Below the pieces are notes generated by a model. The model was not told where the DNA came from, did not search any database, and saw nothing but the letters and a program-made list of their open reading frames with translations. Shown here in pieces: positions 19,561 to 29,507 of a DNA stretch of 64,000 bases; positions within the stretch are counted from its first letter, which is position 1; each line of letters begins with the position of its first letter. The position numbers were made by a program, and so were the translations under genes. The DNA comes from a virus. The stretch lies in IMG/VR virus record IMGVR_UViG_3300027804_003127; one strand, given 5' to 3'.

Positions 19561-20940
19561 ATGAGAATAGTATTTTCAATTATACATAATGGCTTGCACC
19601 ATTTATTACATAATAATCAATATGCAGCAATCATTTCTAACTGTGATTTTTGGATAGTGGTTGAAGGAGCTTCTCTTTCAAATAATAGCACAAAATGGTG
19701 TAAAGAATTTCCTTTAGAATTTCATAGTAACGGAAAAAGCATAGATGGGACTACCTGCTTTTTTGAAAATTTATGCTTAAGTAGTAATAAGATTATCTAT
19801 ATTCCATCTAATGGTTTTTGGCATTCAAAAGATCACCAAGTCAATAGAGCTATAGAAGAAGTAAAGAAGATAACTAACAAATGTTTTCTATGGGAAATAG
19901 ACATAGATGAGCAGTGGACTTCTGACCAGATGGACAAGGCTGAAGAAGAGTTAGTTGCTTCTAAAGCCAAGTCTGCATGCTTCAGGGCTGAATGCTTTAT
20001 TGGAAAGAATCTCAGGGCAATTGGTGACTGGGGTGAGGCATTCACTAGTGGCTACACCAGGCTTTGGAATTGGGAGGGCGAGTATTTTTTATGCCATGAA
20101 CCTCCAGTTCTGGAGGGAGAGTTAGGAAAAGATCCAGTGATGCTTTCTCCCGTGTTTAAACATTATAACTATTATTTTGACAAAGATGTAATGTTTAAGG
20201 ACAAGTGGTATGGTGGACATGATCAAATATATGAAAGATGGAAGCTTATTAATTCACTTGATAAGAGATTTTTTCCAATGCATATATCCAATTTGATAAC
20301 TGGTCCTTGGGGAAATTCAAATAGTTCAATAATATATGTTGAGCCTAATGGAAAGAAGAAGTTGATTCAGATTGGCGCAAATCGTGGTTACGACCATGTA
20401 TTTGAAATAACAAAACATAATAAACATAAATGCATATTGGTTGAACCTAATAAATACTTAATTGATAATTTAAAAGATTGCTATAAAAACTGTGATAATA
20501 CTACTATAGAAAATTGCGCAATATCTACATTTGATGGAAGTATTGATATGTATTTTAATGATATGGAGGATGGATATTCTTCTCATAGTTCTCTTTCTTT
20601 AAGTCATGTGTTAGATCATAATAATAAAAAAGAGAATATAATAAAGAGTAATGTTCCATGTATGAAATTAGAAAGCCTTATACAAAAGCATGGTTGGACT
20701 AATGACGAAATAGAATGGTTGTTTGTAGATGCAGAAGGTCATGACTGCGATATCATCCTATCAACAGATTTCAGTAAACTTGATATTAAAAATGTTTTTT
20801 TTGAAACAGTTCATTCGGATGGTCCATTTAAACAAGGTGAAAAACTACAGAAAACAATAGATTGGCTTATGTCTTTTGGATATTTGATAAATGCAAAAAA
20901 GACAACAGATGAATCCAATTTAGCACTATCAAAGATATGA
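19561..20940 (+). CDS. Glycosyltransferase-like domain fused to FkbM-family methyltransferase
   Basis: N-terminal GT-A-like DIDE; C-terminal IQIGANRG, LVEPN, VDAEGHD. Confidence 0.75.
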   Translation: MRIVFSIIHNGLHHLLHNNQYAAIISNCDFWIVVEGASLSNNSTKWCKEFPLEFHSNGKSIDGTTCFFENLCLSSNKIIYIPSNGFWHSKDHQVNRAIEEVKKITNKCFLWEIDIDEQWTSDQMDKAEEELVASKAKSACFRAECFIGKNLRAIGDWGEAFTSGYTRLWNWEGEYFLCHEPPVLEGELGKDPVMLSPVFKHYNYYFDKDVMFKDKWYGGHDQIYERWKLINSLDKRFFPMHISNLITGPWGNSNSSIIYVEPNGKKKLIQIGANRGYDHVFEITKHNKHKCILVEPNKYLIDNLKDCYKNCDNTTIENCAISTFDGSIDMYFNDMEDGYSSHSSLSLSHVLDHNNKKENIIKSNVPCMKLESLIQKHGWTNDEIEWLFVDAEGHDCDIILSTDFSKLDIKNVFFETVHSDGPFKQGEKLQKTIDWLMSFGYLINAKKTTDESNLALSKI

Positions 20941-21674
20941 AAGATATACTTGTAATTGGAGATTCTTGTCTCGATATATTTGTTTATTGCGACGCAAACA
21001 GGCTTTGCCCTGATGTCCCAGTACCTGTTTTGAATTATTGCTATCAGACTGAAAACCCAGGCATGGCAAAAAATGTTCAAAGAAACATTGAATCTTTAGG
21101 TATATCGTGTGATATAATTACTAATTCAAATTGGCATGAAATGAAGAAGGTAAGATATGTCCATAAGGACAGTAATCATTATTTTTTTAGACTGGATTCT
21201 GAGCCTTCGATAGAAAAAATTCATATTAACAATATTAACTTAGATTATAAGATGATAGTTATATCTGATTACAATAAGGGCTTTATTTCTGAGGAAGACA
21301 TTGAGAGTATATGTTTAAATCATAGTTGTGTTTTCATAGACACTAAAAAAGTCATAGGTAGTTGGATAGACGGTGCAAAAATTATAAAGATAAACAACAA
21401 AGAATACAATGCATCTAAAAATTATATTGATAAAAAATTACGTGATAAAGTTGTTAGAACTATGGGTTCATTAGGTGCAGAGTATAAAAGTACAATTTAT
21501 CCAGTTACAAAGTCTGAGGTAAGAGATGTTTCTGGAGCAGGTGATTCATTTATGGCTGGACTATGCTTTAAATTTTTAAAAACAGAAGACATAATTGATT
21601 CTATAAAATTTGCCAATCAATGTGCTTCTGAGGTTGTTAAGTTTAGGGGAGTGACGACAATAAAAGAACTATGA
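20937..21674 (+). CDS. rfaE1: D-glycero-beta-D-manno-heptose-7-phosphate kinase (HldE kinase domain, PfkB family)
   Basis: LVIGDSCLD..Y...RLCPDVPVPV, ISDYNKG, RDVSGAGDSF. Confidence 0.85.
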   Translation: MKDILVIGDSCLDIFVYCDANRLCPDVPVPVLNYCYQTENPGMAKNVQRNIESLGISCDIITNSNWHEMKKVRYVHKDSNHYFFRLDSEPSIEKIHINNINLDYKMIVISDYNKGFISEEDIESICLNHSCVFIDTKKVIGSWIDGAKIIKINNKEYNASKNYIDKKLRDKVVRTMGSLGAEYKSTIYPVTKSEVRDVSGAGDSFMAGLCFKFLKTEDIIDSIKFANQCASEVVKFRGVTTIKEL

Positions 21675-22075
21675 CTAAGGTAGTTTTTACTAACGGTGTT
21701 TTTGATATCATTCATAGAGGTCATATAGAGTTATTAAAATATGCAAAATCATTAGGCGATTATCTTTATGTTGGGATTGATTCTGATAAAAGAGTAAAAT
21801 CTAATAAGGGAGAATCTAGGCCTATCATTAATCAGGAAGATAGAGTTGAAATAGTATCTTCTATTAAGTATGTTGATGGTGTGTATATATTCAATAATCT
21901 AGATGAGCTTGCTGAATTGCACGCTAAAATATCTCCAGATATTTTGGTTAAGGGTTCAGATTGGTACGAAAAACAGATAAGAATAAGTGATGGAGTTTTG
22001 CCTAAAACAAAAATAGTAATATTTAATAGATTGGGTAATTATTCAACAACAAATATAATAAAAAAAATAAAATGA
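21671..22075 (+). CDS. rfaE2: Heptose-1-phosphate adenylyltransferase (HldE nucleotidyltransferase domain)
   Basis: TNGVFDIIHRGH (HxGH), KGESRPI, PDILVKGSDW, YSTTNII. Confidence 0.85.
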   Translation: MTKVVFTNGVFDIIHRGHIELLKYAKSLGDYLYVGIDSDKRVKSNKGESRPIINQEDRVEIVSSIKYVDGVYIFNNLDELAELHAKISPDILVKGSDWYEKQIRISDGVLPKTKIVIFNRLGNYSTTNIIKKIK

Positions 22076-22974
22076 TAGCAGTAACTGGAGCAAGTGGTTT
22101 TATTGGAAGTGTATTATTGAAAACCCTAAATGAAAAAGGGATAGAAGATATCGCTTTAATAGATGATTTTGAAATAAACAAAAAACTTGGTTATGCTTCA
22201 AGGGCAAACTATACTTATTTACAGAACAAAAAATTCAAAGAAATAATACCGATTAATTTTGATTATTCAATCTTATTTGAAAATAATAAAATTGATTTTA
22301 TATTTCATTTGGGAGCTATTTCTAATACTTTAGAAAAATGTTCAGATAGAATTTATAAATATAACACATTTTATACAGAATTGGTTGCAAGATACGCTAG
22401 GGAGAATAATGTTCCAGTTATTTTTGCTTCTTCTGCTTCGGTATATGGCAATGGAGACGGTCCATTAAACGACTATGCAAGATCCAAGCTAGAGTGCGAA
22501 AGGTCGCTGGAAGGCTTGGCGTGTTGTTTTAGGATATTTAATGCTTATGGTCCAAACGAATATCATAAGGAAGAAATGTCTTCTGTTATACTAAAGTGGT
22601 TTAGGCAAAATCTTAAAGAGGGTTCAATAAAGCTTTTTGAAAGATCTGATCTATATATTAGAGATTTTATTTATGTGCAAGATATTTGCGATGCAATGTA
22701 TAATTGTTTTAAAAATTATAAAACTGGAATTTTTGATTTAGGTTCTGGGTGTTCTGTAAGTTTTGATTATTTGGCCGATTGTTTTTTAAATAAAATATCA
22801 TCAAAAAAAGAAATTATAAAAATGTCTAATCAATTATCAAAACAATATCAACCATACACAAAGTCTGATATAAGTGGGGTAACTAAAAACGGATGGATAA
22901 TCAATTCAATAAGTATTGAAAATGGGATTGATTTGTATCTAAAATATTTAATAAACAATGAGCAGGTAATTTGA
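22072..22974 (+). CDS. hldD: ADP-L-glycero-D-manno-heptose 6-epimerase-like extended SDR
   Basis: VTGASGFIG, FHLGAIS, ASSASVYG, YARSK (YxxxK), FNAYGPNEYHKxxMSS, RDFIYV. Confidence 0.85.
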   Translation: MIAVTGASGFIGSVLLKTLNEKGIEDIALIDDFEINKKLGYASRANYTYLQNKKFKEIIPINFDYSILFENNKIDFIFHLGAISNTLEKCSDRIYKYNTFYTELVARYARENNVPVIFASSASVYGNGDGPLNDYARSKLECERSLEGLACCFRIFNAYGPNEYHKEEMSSVILKWFRQNLKEGSIKLFERSDLYIRDFIYVQDICDAMYNCFKNYKTGIFDLGSGCSVSFDYLADCFLNKISSKKEIIKMSNQLSKQYQPYTKSDISGVTKNGWIINSISIENGIDLYLKYLINNEQVI

Positions 22975-23342
22975 TGAATATTGATAATTTGCAAAGCGAA
23001 GAGGTAGAAAAGAAATGGGGCAAGGAGATAATAATAGTAAACAATGATAAATATTGTGGTAAAATATTATGTCTTAAAAAAGACAAAAAGTTTAGTATGC
23101 ATTATCATATGATAAAAGATGAAACTTGGTATGTAATTTCTGGTGAACTAATTTTAAAATGGATAGATACTAGCAGTGCAATTCAAAACGAGAAAAAAAT
23201 AAAAAAAGGCGATATCATAAGAATAATGCCAGGATTACCTCATCAGTTAATGGCCTGTGTTGACTCTGAAATTTTTGAAATTTCTACTACTCATTACGAT
23301 AATGATAGTTACAGGGTATTCAAAGGAGACAGTCAATTATGA
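22971..23342 (+). CDS. Cupin (mannose-6-phosphate isomerase type II-like)
   Basis: KKWGKE, FSMHYHxxKDETW, PGLPHQL. Confidence 0.8.
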   Translation: MMNIDNLQSEEVEKKWGKEIIIVNNDKYCGKILCLKKDKKFSMHYHMIKDETWYVISGELILKWIDTSSAIQNEKKIKKGDIIRIMPGLPHQLMACVDSEIFEISTTHYDNDSYRVFKGDSQL

Positions 23343-24259
23343 AATATGTTTTCGATATAGATAATACAATATTATCTACAAAAGGAAACGACTATCAAAA
23401 TAGTGTTCCAATACAGCACAGAATAAACTACGTCAATAAGTTATATAATGAGGATAATTATATAGTTTTATACACTGGAAGAGGTACAAGAAGTGGAGTA
23501 AACTACGAAGATCTTACCAGGATGCAGATGGAAAAATACGGTGTAAAATATCATGAATTAATTATGGGTAAAATGGATTATGATTATTTTGTTGACGATA
23601 AGGCTGTATCTTTAAAAGAGTTAGATAGTATAATAAGTTTAAATAAGAGCTCTTCAAATTATAAGTCAAGTTTTGATTCAGGATACAACTTTGATGATTA
23701 TAAAAGATTTCAATCACTAAAATCAATTAAATATAAGTCAGTGCTTGACATTGGTTCTGGTCCGTGCATGCTTTTAAGATGGTTAAAGAATAATCAAATA
23801 AAAGCCTCATATGAGGCTATGGATATTAGAGAAGATGCTTTATCTGAATGTGATTGCCAAACACATAATAACATTGATATGACTAAAAAATACGATTTAG
23901 TATGTTTGTTCGGTGTTTCTGATTATTTTAAAACTAATGAAGATGAAAAAAAGGAAGAGTTTTTAAATTTGCTTACTAATGCAGTTAAAAAATCTAAAAA
24001 GTATGTGATATACAGTCTAATGAGAAAAGACAATATTCTTAATAAACTTGTTAAATATAGTCTAGATGAAGCTAAGAGTGTTGCTGCAAAAGCTGGACTA
24101 GAAATAACTGAGATAGATTTAGACTCCGAACCAACTGAATATATTATCACATGTACAATCAATAAGGAAAAAAATGTCAAAAAAACAAAAAAAACAGATA
24201 GTAAACCAAGGTCTTCAAAAGGCAAAAAAAAGAGTAATGATAGCCACTCCGTCATATGA
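23339..24259 (+). CDS. HAD-family phosphatase fused to class I SAM methyltransferase
   Basis: FDIDNT (DxD), YTGRG, GKMDYD.FVDDK; second half SVLDIGSGP. Confidence 0.75.
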   Translation: MKYVFDIDNTILSTKGNDYQNSVPIQHRINYVNKLYNEDNYIVLYTGRGTRSGVNYEDLTRMQMEKYGVKYHELIMGKMDYDYFVDDKAVSLKELDSIISLNKSSSNYKSSFDSGYNFDDYKRFQSLKSIKYKSVLDIGSGPCMLLRWLKNNQIKASYEAMDIREDALSECDCQTHNNIDMTKKYDLVCLFGVSDYFKTNEDEKKEEFLNLLTNAVKKSKKYVIYSLMRKDNILNKLVKYSLDEAKSVAAKAGLEITEIDLDSEPTEYIITCTINKEKNVKKTKKTDSKPRSSKGKKKSNDSHSVI

Positions 24260-24887
24260 CGGAAGGGTTGATGCTTGGTATTCAAATAGTGTGTTGATGG
24301 CTGATAGAGCTTGTAGGGACCTAGGAATAGAATTAGACCCCATATATGTATGTTATGATGCAATAGTTTCAAAAGCTAGGAATGACTTGTTTGCCTATGC
24401 TTTTAGGCATGACTTTGACGAATTAGTTTATGTAGATGCAGACATTGCTTGGGGTCCTGATCAGTTGCTTAAACTATTAAGTCATCCTGTTGATGTTGTT
24501 GGAGGCATATATCCTAAAAAAACTCCACAAGAGGATTACCCTGTAAATTTTATTTCTGACAAAATAAAGCTTCAAGATGGGTTGTTAGAGGTAGCTAGTT
24601 TACCAACTGGTTTTTTAAGAATATCCAAACAAGCTATAAAAATATTTTGGGAAAAATCTTCTAGTTATACGGTGAACAAAGAAAACGAAGAATATAAAAT
24701 GGTTTTTGAGCCTGGCATCGTTGGTGGCAGATTTATTAGCGAAGACATAATATTCTGTTTAAAATGGAGAGAATGGGGATATAAGGTCTATTTAGACCCA
24801 TATATTAAATTAAATCACATAGGGCCAAATGTATATAGTGGTAACATAGTTAATTTTATGAAAAATAATTTTAGTATAGATTTATAA
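24174..24887 (+). CDS. GT-A fold glycosyltransferase (phage type)
   Basis: VMIATPSYDG, KARN, YVDADI (DxD), GGIYPKK, PTGFLRI, SEDIIFC..W. Confidence 0.8.
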   Translation: MSKKQKKQIVNQGLQKAKKRVMIATPSYDGRVDAWYSNSVLMADRACRDLGIELDPIYVCYDAIVSKARNDLFAYAFRHDFDELVYVDADIAWGPDQLLKLLSHPVDVVGGIYPKKTPQEDYPVNFISDKIKLQDGLLEVASLPTGFLRISKQAIKIFWEKSSSYTVNKENEEYKMVFEPGIVGGRFISEDIIFCLKWREWGYKVYLDPYIKLNHIGPNVYSGNIVNFMKNNFSIDL

Positions 24888-24925
24888 ATTTAGGGAAAAA
24901 TGCAATAGTTATATAAATAAAATAT

Positions 24926-25309
24926 GTGGAATATTTATATCATATTTTAATACCTAAAAATTTTGCAGAAAAAGTGAATGATTGCTTTAAAAACATTAGC
25001 AATTGTATAGATTCTCCATTTAAGTATAAAATATCAACTAGAATAAATGGAGATCACAGTTATACTGGTGCGTATGGTCTTTCTGAGGATGACATAAAAA
25101 TATTTAGAGTTATGTTTGAGCTTAATGAAGATGGGATTTATTGGTGGAAAGTAGATAAAAATACGGGCATATTAGATGAGTGTAATGACGCTGACTGTTT
25201 ATGCTATGTAGGTGACAAGTATTCTATGAAGTTTTTATTAAGAAGGTCTGGTTTCTATTTAATCGGAGAAAATGATGGCGAAAGCTGGTCGTCCAAAAAA
25301 ACCGAATGA
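24926..25309 (+). CDS. Hypothetical protein
   Basis: ORF in operon context. Confidence 0.55.
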   Translation: MEYLYHILIPKNFAEKVNDCFKNISNCIDSPFKYKISTRINGDHSYTGAYGLSEDDIKIFRVMFELNEDGIYWWKVDKNTGILDECNDADCLCYVGDKYSMKFLLRRSGFYLIGENDGESWSSKKTE

Positions 25310-28300
25310 TTTACATTTTGATTTAGAAAATTTAAAACAAGCTGTTAAAAATGTCACGCTTACCGCTAGTGACGCTGGTCATGTTCCAAGTATAATTGAA
25401 TTTGTTGAATCAGAAAAATATTTGGGTCTTCCTCATCAAAAGCCCACTTCTATAGATCTTTATCCATTTCAGCGTATTATGTTGAAATGCTTTTACTCTG
25501 GAAGTGTGGGAAATGAACATATGACACTAACAGATGAAGAAAGGCAACTGTGCAAAAAATACAACCTTTTAGATGAAGACATTAGCGATATATTTTCTAA
25601 AATAGATAATGGAGTTATAAAAAGTGAGATGGTTCTTGTATGGGGTCGTCGTTGCTTGTCAGAAGATAATAATATAGTAGACATTAATACAAATAGAATT
25701 TATACATTTGGTTCAATGTGGGATTCTGGAAAGAGAACAATAGACTCATGGACTTATAATGAAAAAAGTAAGAGAATGGAATGTGTGTCTAATTGCGATA
25801 TTGTATATCAGGGAATAAGAGATGTATATAAAGTGCAAACTTATAGTGGTCATTTTATAGAGGCTACATCAAATCATCCTGTACTGACATCAAATGGGTG
25901 GAAGCAGATTAAAGATCTGGACACTGATAATGATATGATATCAATTAGCGAGTCTTTTCCATTTGGTTTAGAAGTAAAAACCGAAATGACGGAAGAACAA
26001 GCAAGACTTATAGGATATATGATAGGTGATGGAAACTGTTCAAAAGCTGCAACATTTTTGACTTGTTCAAATAAGTCCGTATTGAAGGATTTCAAAGTAT
26101 GTTTGAGCTCACTGGGCGATAACATAAAAATTTTCAAAGATCCATGGACTGGAGCAAAAAGCAAAAAATATCAATATAAAATAACTTCTAAGTATTATGA
26201 AAACGAGTCTTTAGGAGTAAAAGATTATAGAAACAGAACTTTAACTCGTAGAAAAAAGAATTTACTCATGCAGCTTTTGGTGCAGTATGGTATAAGCGGT
26301 AAAACATGTCATCATAAAAGAACTCCAAAAGAAATACTCGAAGCACCTAAAAATGTCGTCTCTAATTATTTGAAGGCTTTATTTAGCTGTGATGGGTCTA
26401 TTTATATTAAAAAGAGAAAAAAATATGTCAATCATTGTCAAATAGAATTTTGCACCGTAAATAAACAACAGGCTTATGATGTTCAGTATTTACTAAGTAA
26501 ATTTGGGATATTATCAAACCTAAGGTCAAAATCTGGAAAAACTTCCATAGTGGATGAAAAGCATAATAAAAGAACTTATCGCTCAAATTCTTATGTTGTG
26601 TCTTTTGTTCGTAAGAAGTATATAAGTATATTTTTACAAGAAATAGGGTTTATTGGTAAAGATAAAATAGTTAAATTATGTGAGTCTACGTTAAGTAAGA
26701 TAATTGATAAAGATTCAAACCATGATAGCTCATTACCGTACTCATGTTTTAATATAAAATCTATAGAGCATATTGGTAAAAAAAGAACATTTGATTTGCA
26801 AGTGAGTGATCAAAAGCATTTGCAAAATTTTGTAAGTCAGGGATTCATATGTCACAATAGCGGCAAAGATTTCATTGTTTCAATATTAGCATGCTACGAA
26901 GCTGCGAAGCTTCTTGAATCTCCAAATGGAGATCCCTACAAGTTATATAACTTAGGATCTGGAGCCCCATTTACTATATTGACAGTGGCGAATAGCTCTG
27001 CTCAGGCTCAAGTTTTATTTAATGAAATAAAAGATAAAATAATAAAAAGTACATATTTTGCTGACAAGATAGTCGCAGATGGCATACTTGCAGATCAAAT
27101 ACATCTTTTAACTCCTGCTGATAAAATAAAGAATGCAGAATTAGCTTCTAGGGGTCTTCCTACCAGTCCTGGGTCTGTTATAATAAGATGTGGACACAGC
27201 AACTCGGACTCTCTTGCAGGTATATCTTGTTATTGCCTTTTATTAGACGAAATTGGATTGTACAAACAAACTGCTGGCAGCAGTGGAGGAGAAAGTATAT
27301 ACAGAACTCTTGCTCCAGCGACTTCCACTTATGTAAGAAAAGAAAAATACATAGATCCTTATGGAGAAGAAAAAAATAAAGATGTATATGATGGTAAGAT
27401 AATCTGCATTAGTTCTCCTCGTGGCAAAGAAGGTGTGTTTTATGAATTGTATAGAAAGGCATCTTCTGTTTCTCATAGGGTTATGTGTAAGTTGCCAACA
27501 TGGGTCGTTAACCCTAATCAGACACAAGAATTGTTGCGCCAAAAGTTCAGTAACATGACTGAAGAAGAATTTATGATGGAGTTTGGTGCAGAATTTAGTG
27601 GAACTGCTGGTCAAACTTTCTTTACTAGAGACATGGTAGAAAAGTCATTTGTTAATAATTGCAGATTCAAGGAGCATGGTGAGCCAGGATTTAGCTATTT
27701 TTGTCATTTGGATCCAGCAACTTCTTCGCACAACTACGCTTTATGTGTTCTTCATAAAGAATCATATCTTAATAAAGATACTAACAAAATGGATTTTAAA
27801 ATTATAGTAGATCATGTGAAGTATTGGCAGCCACTAGAGGGTAGGCCTATACTAAACGAAGAAGTTGACAATTATATAATCATGTTAAGCAGAAGATTTA
27901 ACTTTGAGCTAGTTACATTTGATCAATGGAATTCTCAACATAGTATAGATCATTTGCAAAAGCATAGTATACCTGCAAAAATGACTAGATTTACAAAAAG
28001 ATACAAAATAATTATATATGATAATCTTTACGATTTAGTATCGGCCAATAGAATGCAAATTCCAGCTCACGCTTTATTGCATGATGAAATGTTGTATCTA
28101 CAAAGAAGATATACAGCAACAGGATATAAGGTTTTTGCTAAAAAAGACGGATTAGTTAAAACTGATGACGTTGTAGATGCTCTTGCTGGAGCATCCTATG
28201 CGTGTTTAAATGAAGGTAGTACTAGGCTTCCACAAGGAAGATTAGCTAGAATGTCGGTAACTCCATTTGGAGATGGAGTTGTTTTTAGAGGCATGCAGGG

Positions 28301-28352
28301 ACAGCCTTTAAATGATTTTATGGATAGATCAAAATGGACAAAGAGGTTCTAA
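25272..28352 (+). CDS. terL: Terminase large subunit (intein-containing)
   Basis: YPFQ Q-motif, Walker A GRR|SGK split by the intein, Walker B LLLDE, ISSPRG, RNase H-like HLDPA, FDQWNS, TDDVVDALAG. Confidence 0.9.
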   Translation: MMAKAGRPKKPNDLHFDLENLKQAVKNVTLTASDAGHVPSIIEFVESEKYLGLPHQKPTSIDLYPFQRIMLKCFYSGSVGNEHMTLTDEERQLCKKYNLLDEDISDIFSKIDNGVIKSEMVLVWGRRCLSEDNNIVDINTNRIYTFGSMWDSGKRTIDSWTYNEKSKRMECVSNCDIVYQGIRDVYKVQTYSGHFIEATSNHPVLTSNGWKQIKDLDTDNDMISISESFPFGLEVKTEMTEEQARLIGYMIGDGNCSKAATFLTCSNKSVLKDFKVCLSSLGDNIKIFKDPWTGAKSKKYQYKITSKYYENESLGVKDYRNRTLTRRKKNLLMQLLVQYGISGKTCHHKRTPKEILEAPKNVVSNYLKALFSCDGSIYIKKRKKYVNHCQIEFCTVNKQQAYDVQYLLSKFGILSNLRSKSGKTSIVDEKHNKRTYRSNSYVVSFVRKKYISIFLQEIGFIGKDKIVKLCESTLSKIIDKDSNHDSSLPYSCFNIKSIEHIGKKRTFDLQVSDQKHLQNFVSQGFICHNSGKDFIVSILACYEAAKLLESPNGDPYKLYNLGSGAPFTILTVANSSAQAQVLFNEIKDKIIKSTYFADKIVADGILADQIHLLTPADKIKNAELASRGLPTSPGSVIIRCGHSNSDSLAGISCYCLLLDEIGLYKQTAGSSGGESIYRTLAPATSTYVRKEKYIDPYGEEKNKDVYDGKIICISSPRGKEGVFYELYRKASSVSHRVMCKLPTWVVNPNQTQELLRQKFSNMTEEEFMMEFGAEFSGTAGQTFFTRDMVEKSFVNNCRFKEHGEPGFSYFCHLDPATSSHNYALCVLHKESYLNKDTNKMDFKIIVDHVKYWQPLEGRPILNEEVDNYIIMLSRRFNFELVTFDQWNSQHSIDHLQKHSIPAKMTRFTKRYKIIIYDNLYDLVSANRMQIPAHALLHDEMLYLQRRYTATGYKVFAKKDGLVKTDDVVDALAGASYACLNEGSTRLPQGRLARMSVTPFGDGVVFRGMQGQPLNDFMDRSKWTKRF
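25653..26858 (+). mobile_element. Intein (402 aa) with LAGLIDADG homing endonuclease
   Basis: N-junction R|CLSED, block B ATSNHPV, LIGYMIGDG and LKALFSCDG, C-junction FICHN|S. Confidence 0.93.
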
Positions 28353-28353
28353 A

Positions 28354-29070
28354 ATGTTTAATCTAAATAAAATAATTAAATCTTGGTTTAATGGTGATGG
28401 TAAGAAAGTGGCTTCAAGAGAGCAGCTTCTGGAAGAAGAAAGAAAGTCTCAAGGTTTATCCGCATCTGAAACTCCAGAAGTATTTGAGGCAGTAGTAAAC
28501 TCTAAGTCTAAAGATGAATACGAGCCTACTGTAGAAGGTAAGTTAGGAAAAAGAGATGATGAAGTGGCTTCTATATCTGAAGCTAGAATGGATAAAGAAC
28601 TTACTTATTCTAAAAGAGTAAATGATGATGTAAGAGATGAGGTTCCAAGGGTAAATGTGGCTTCAGAAAAATGGGACAATGAGTATAGAGAAGCTTTCGC
28701 TAAAGCACAAAAATCTCTAGATAAACAAGAAGACATATTTGAAAAATATATGGGTAAAAAGGGAGGAAAGAAAGTCCCTAACAATGTCCCAGAATCAGCT
28801 TCTGGCTTACCCAATAGGCCAGAAAGATTTAAGAATTTTGATGGCGTTCCAGGTATAGATGTTAAGGAAAACATCAAAAATATAGGTTCTCATTCTGATG
28901 TTTCTTCTATGCATACGATAGGTAGTCTTGATTCTATAAAGAAGTTAGATGCAGCAGCTTTTTACTTGGCATATAAGGTTGCATCTGAGCAAAGAGATTT
29001 TAGTAAAGAAGAAAGTTCAATTATTGAAAAAATAATTGACAAAAAAAGAGAGTTGTTGAGTTCATTATGA
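28354..29070 (+). CDS. Putative internal head protein
   Basis: Likely start MFNLNK at 28354; KKVAS and YKVAS motifs; charged. Confidence 0.65.
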   Translation: MFNLNKIIKSWFNGDGKKVASREQLLEEERKSQGLSASETPEVFEAVVNSKSKDEYEPTVEGKLGKRDDEVASISEARMDKELTYSKRVNDDVRDEVPRVNVASEKWDNEYREAFAKAQKSLDKQEDIFEKYMGKKGGKKVPNNVPESASGLPNRPERFKNFDGVPGIDVKENIKNIGSHSDVSSMHTIGSLDSIKKLDAAAFYLAYKVASEQRDFSKEESSIIEKIIDKKRELLSSL

Positions 29071-29507
29071 AAAAGCAAGCTCGTAGAGGAACAGGTTGGC
29101 CTGCCGCTTTTGAGCATCCGTTAGATAAGAAAAATCCATATAAAAGATATTTTGCTCCTAATAGTGGAGAGTCTCCGAAGCTAACATTATTAGGAAATCA
29201 AGGCTTGCCAGGTGAACCTCCAGACCTTTCAGGATCTATAGGCGGTAGTAGTAATCGAGATATTACTGCTCCAGATCATCATCCATGGACTGATTTTGAT
29301 CCAGATAGCCCTTTTGATTCTGATCCAGAATTTACTGGAGAAAGAAAAGGTAAATCTGATGAAATAAATTCTTCGAAATCTGATTCATCAGATATGCCTA
29401 TAAGTATTAATAAGAGAATTTTTAATCTCATATCCGAAAACAGAGATAGAAAACCTAATCAAATAGGTGGGAATATTTCCCAAAAAAGGAGTCTTTATGA
29501 GATTTAA
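29067..29507 (+). CDS. Putative internal head protein
   Basis: Starts MKKQAR; low complexity. Confidence 0.6.
   Translation: MKKQARRGTGWPAAFEHPLDKKNPYKRYFAPNSGESPKLTLLGNQGLPGEPPDLSGSIGGSSNRDITAPDHHPWTDFDPDSPFDSDPEFTGERKGKSDEINSSKSDSSDMPISINKRIFNLISENRDRKPNQIGGNISQKRSLYEI

Noticed and set aside
24174-24259. 86-nt overlap and A-runs between the HAD-methyltransferase and GT genes as a possible frameshift
   Set aside because: The downstream gene has its own ATG with an AAGGA RBS, so a simple overlap or C-terminal run-on explains it.
17389-24887. Bacterial chromosomal LPS locus or prophage boundary
   Set aside because: The genes are compact, lie between phage fibre and terminase genes with the same composition, and no integrase or housekeeping context is visible.
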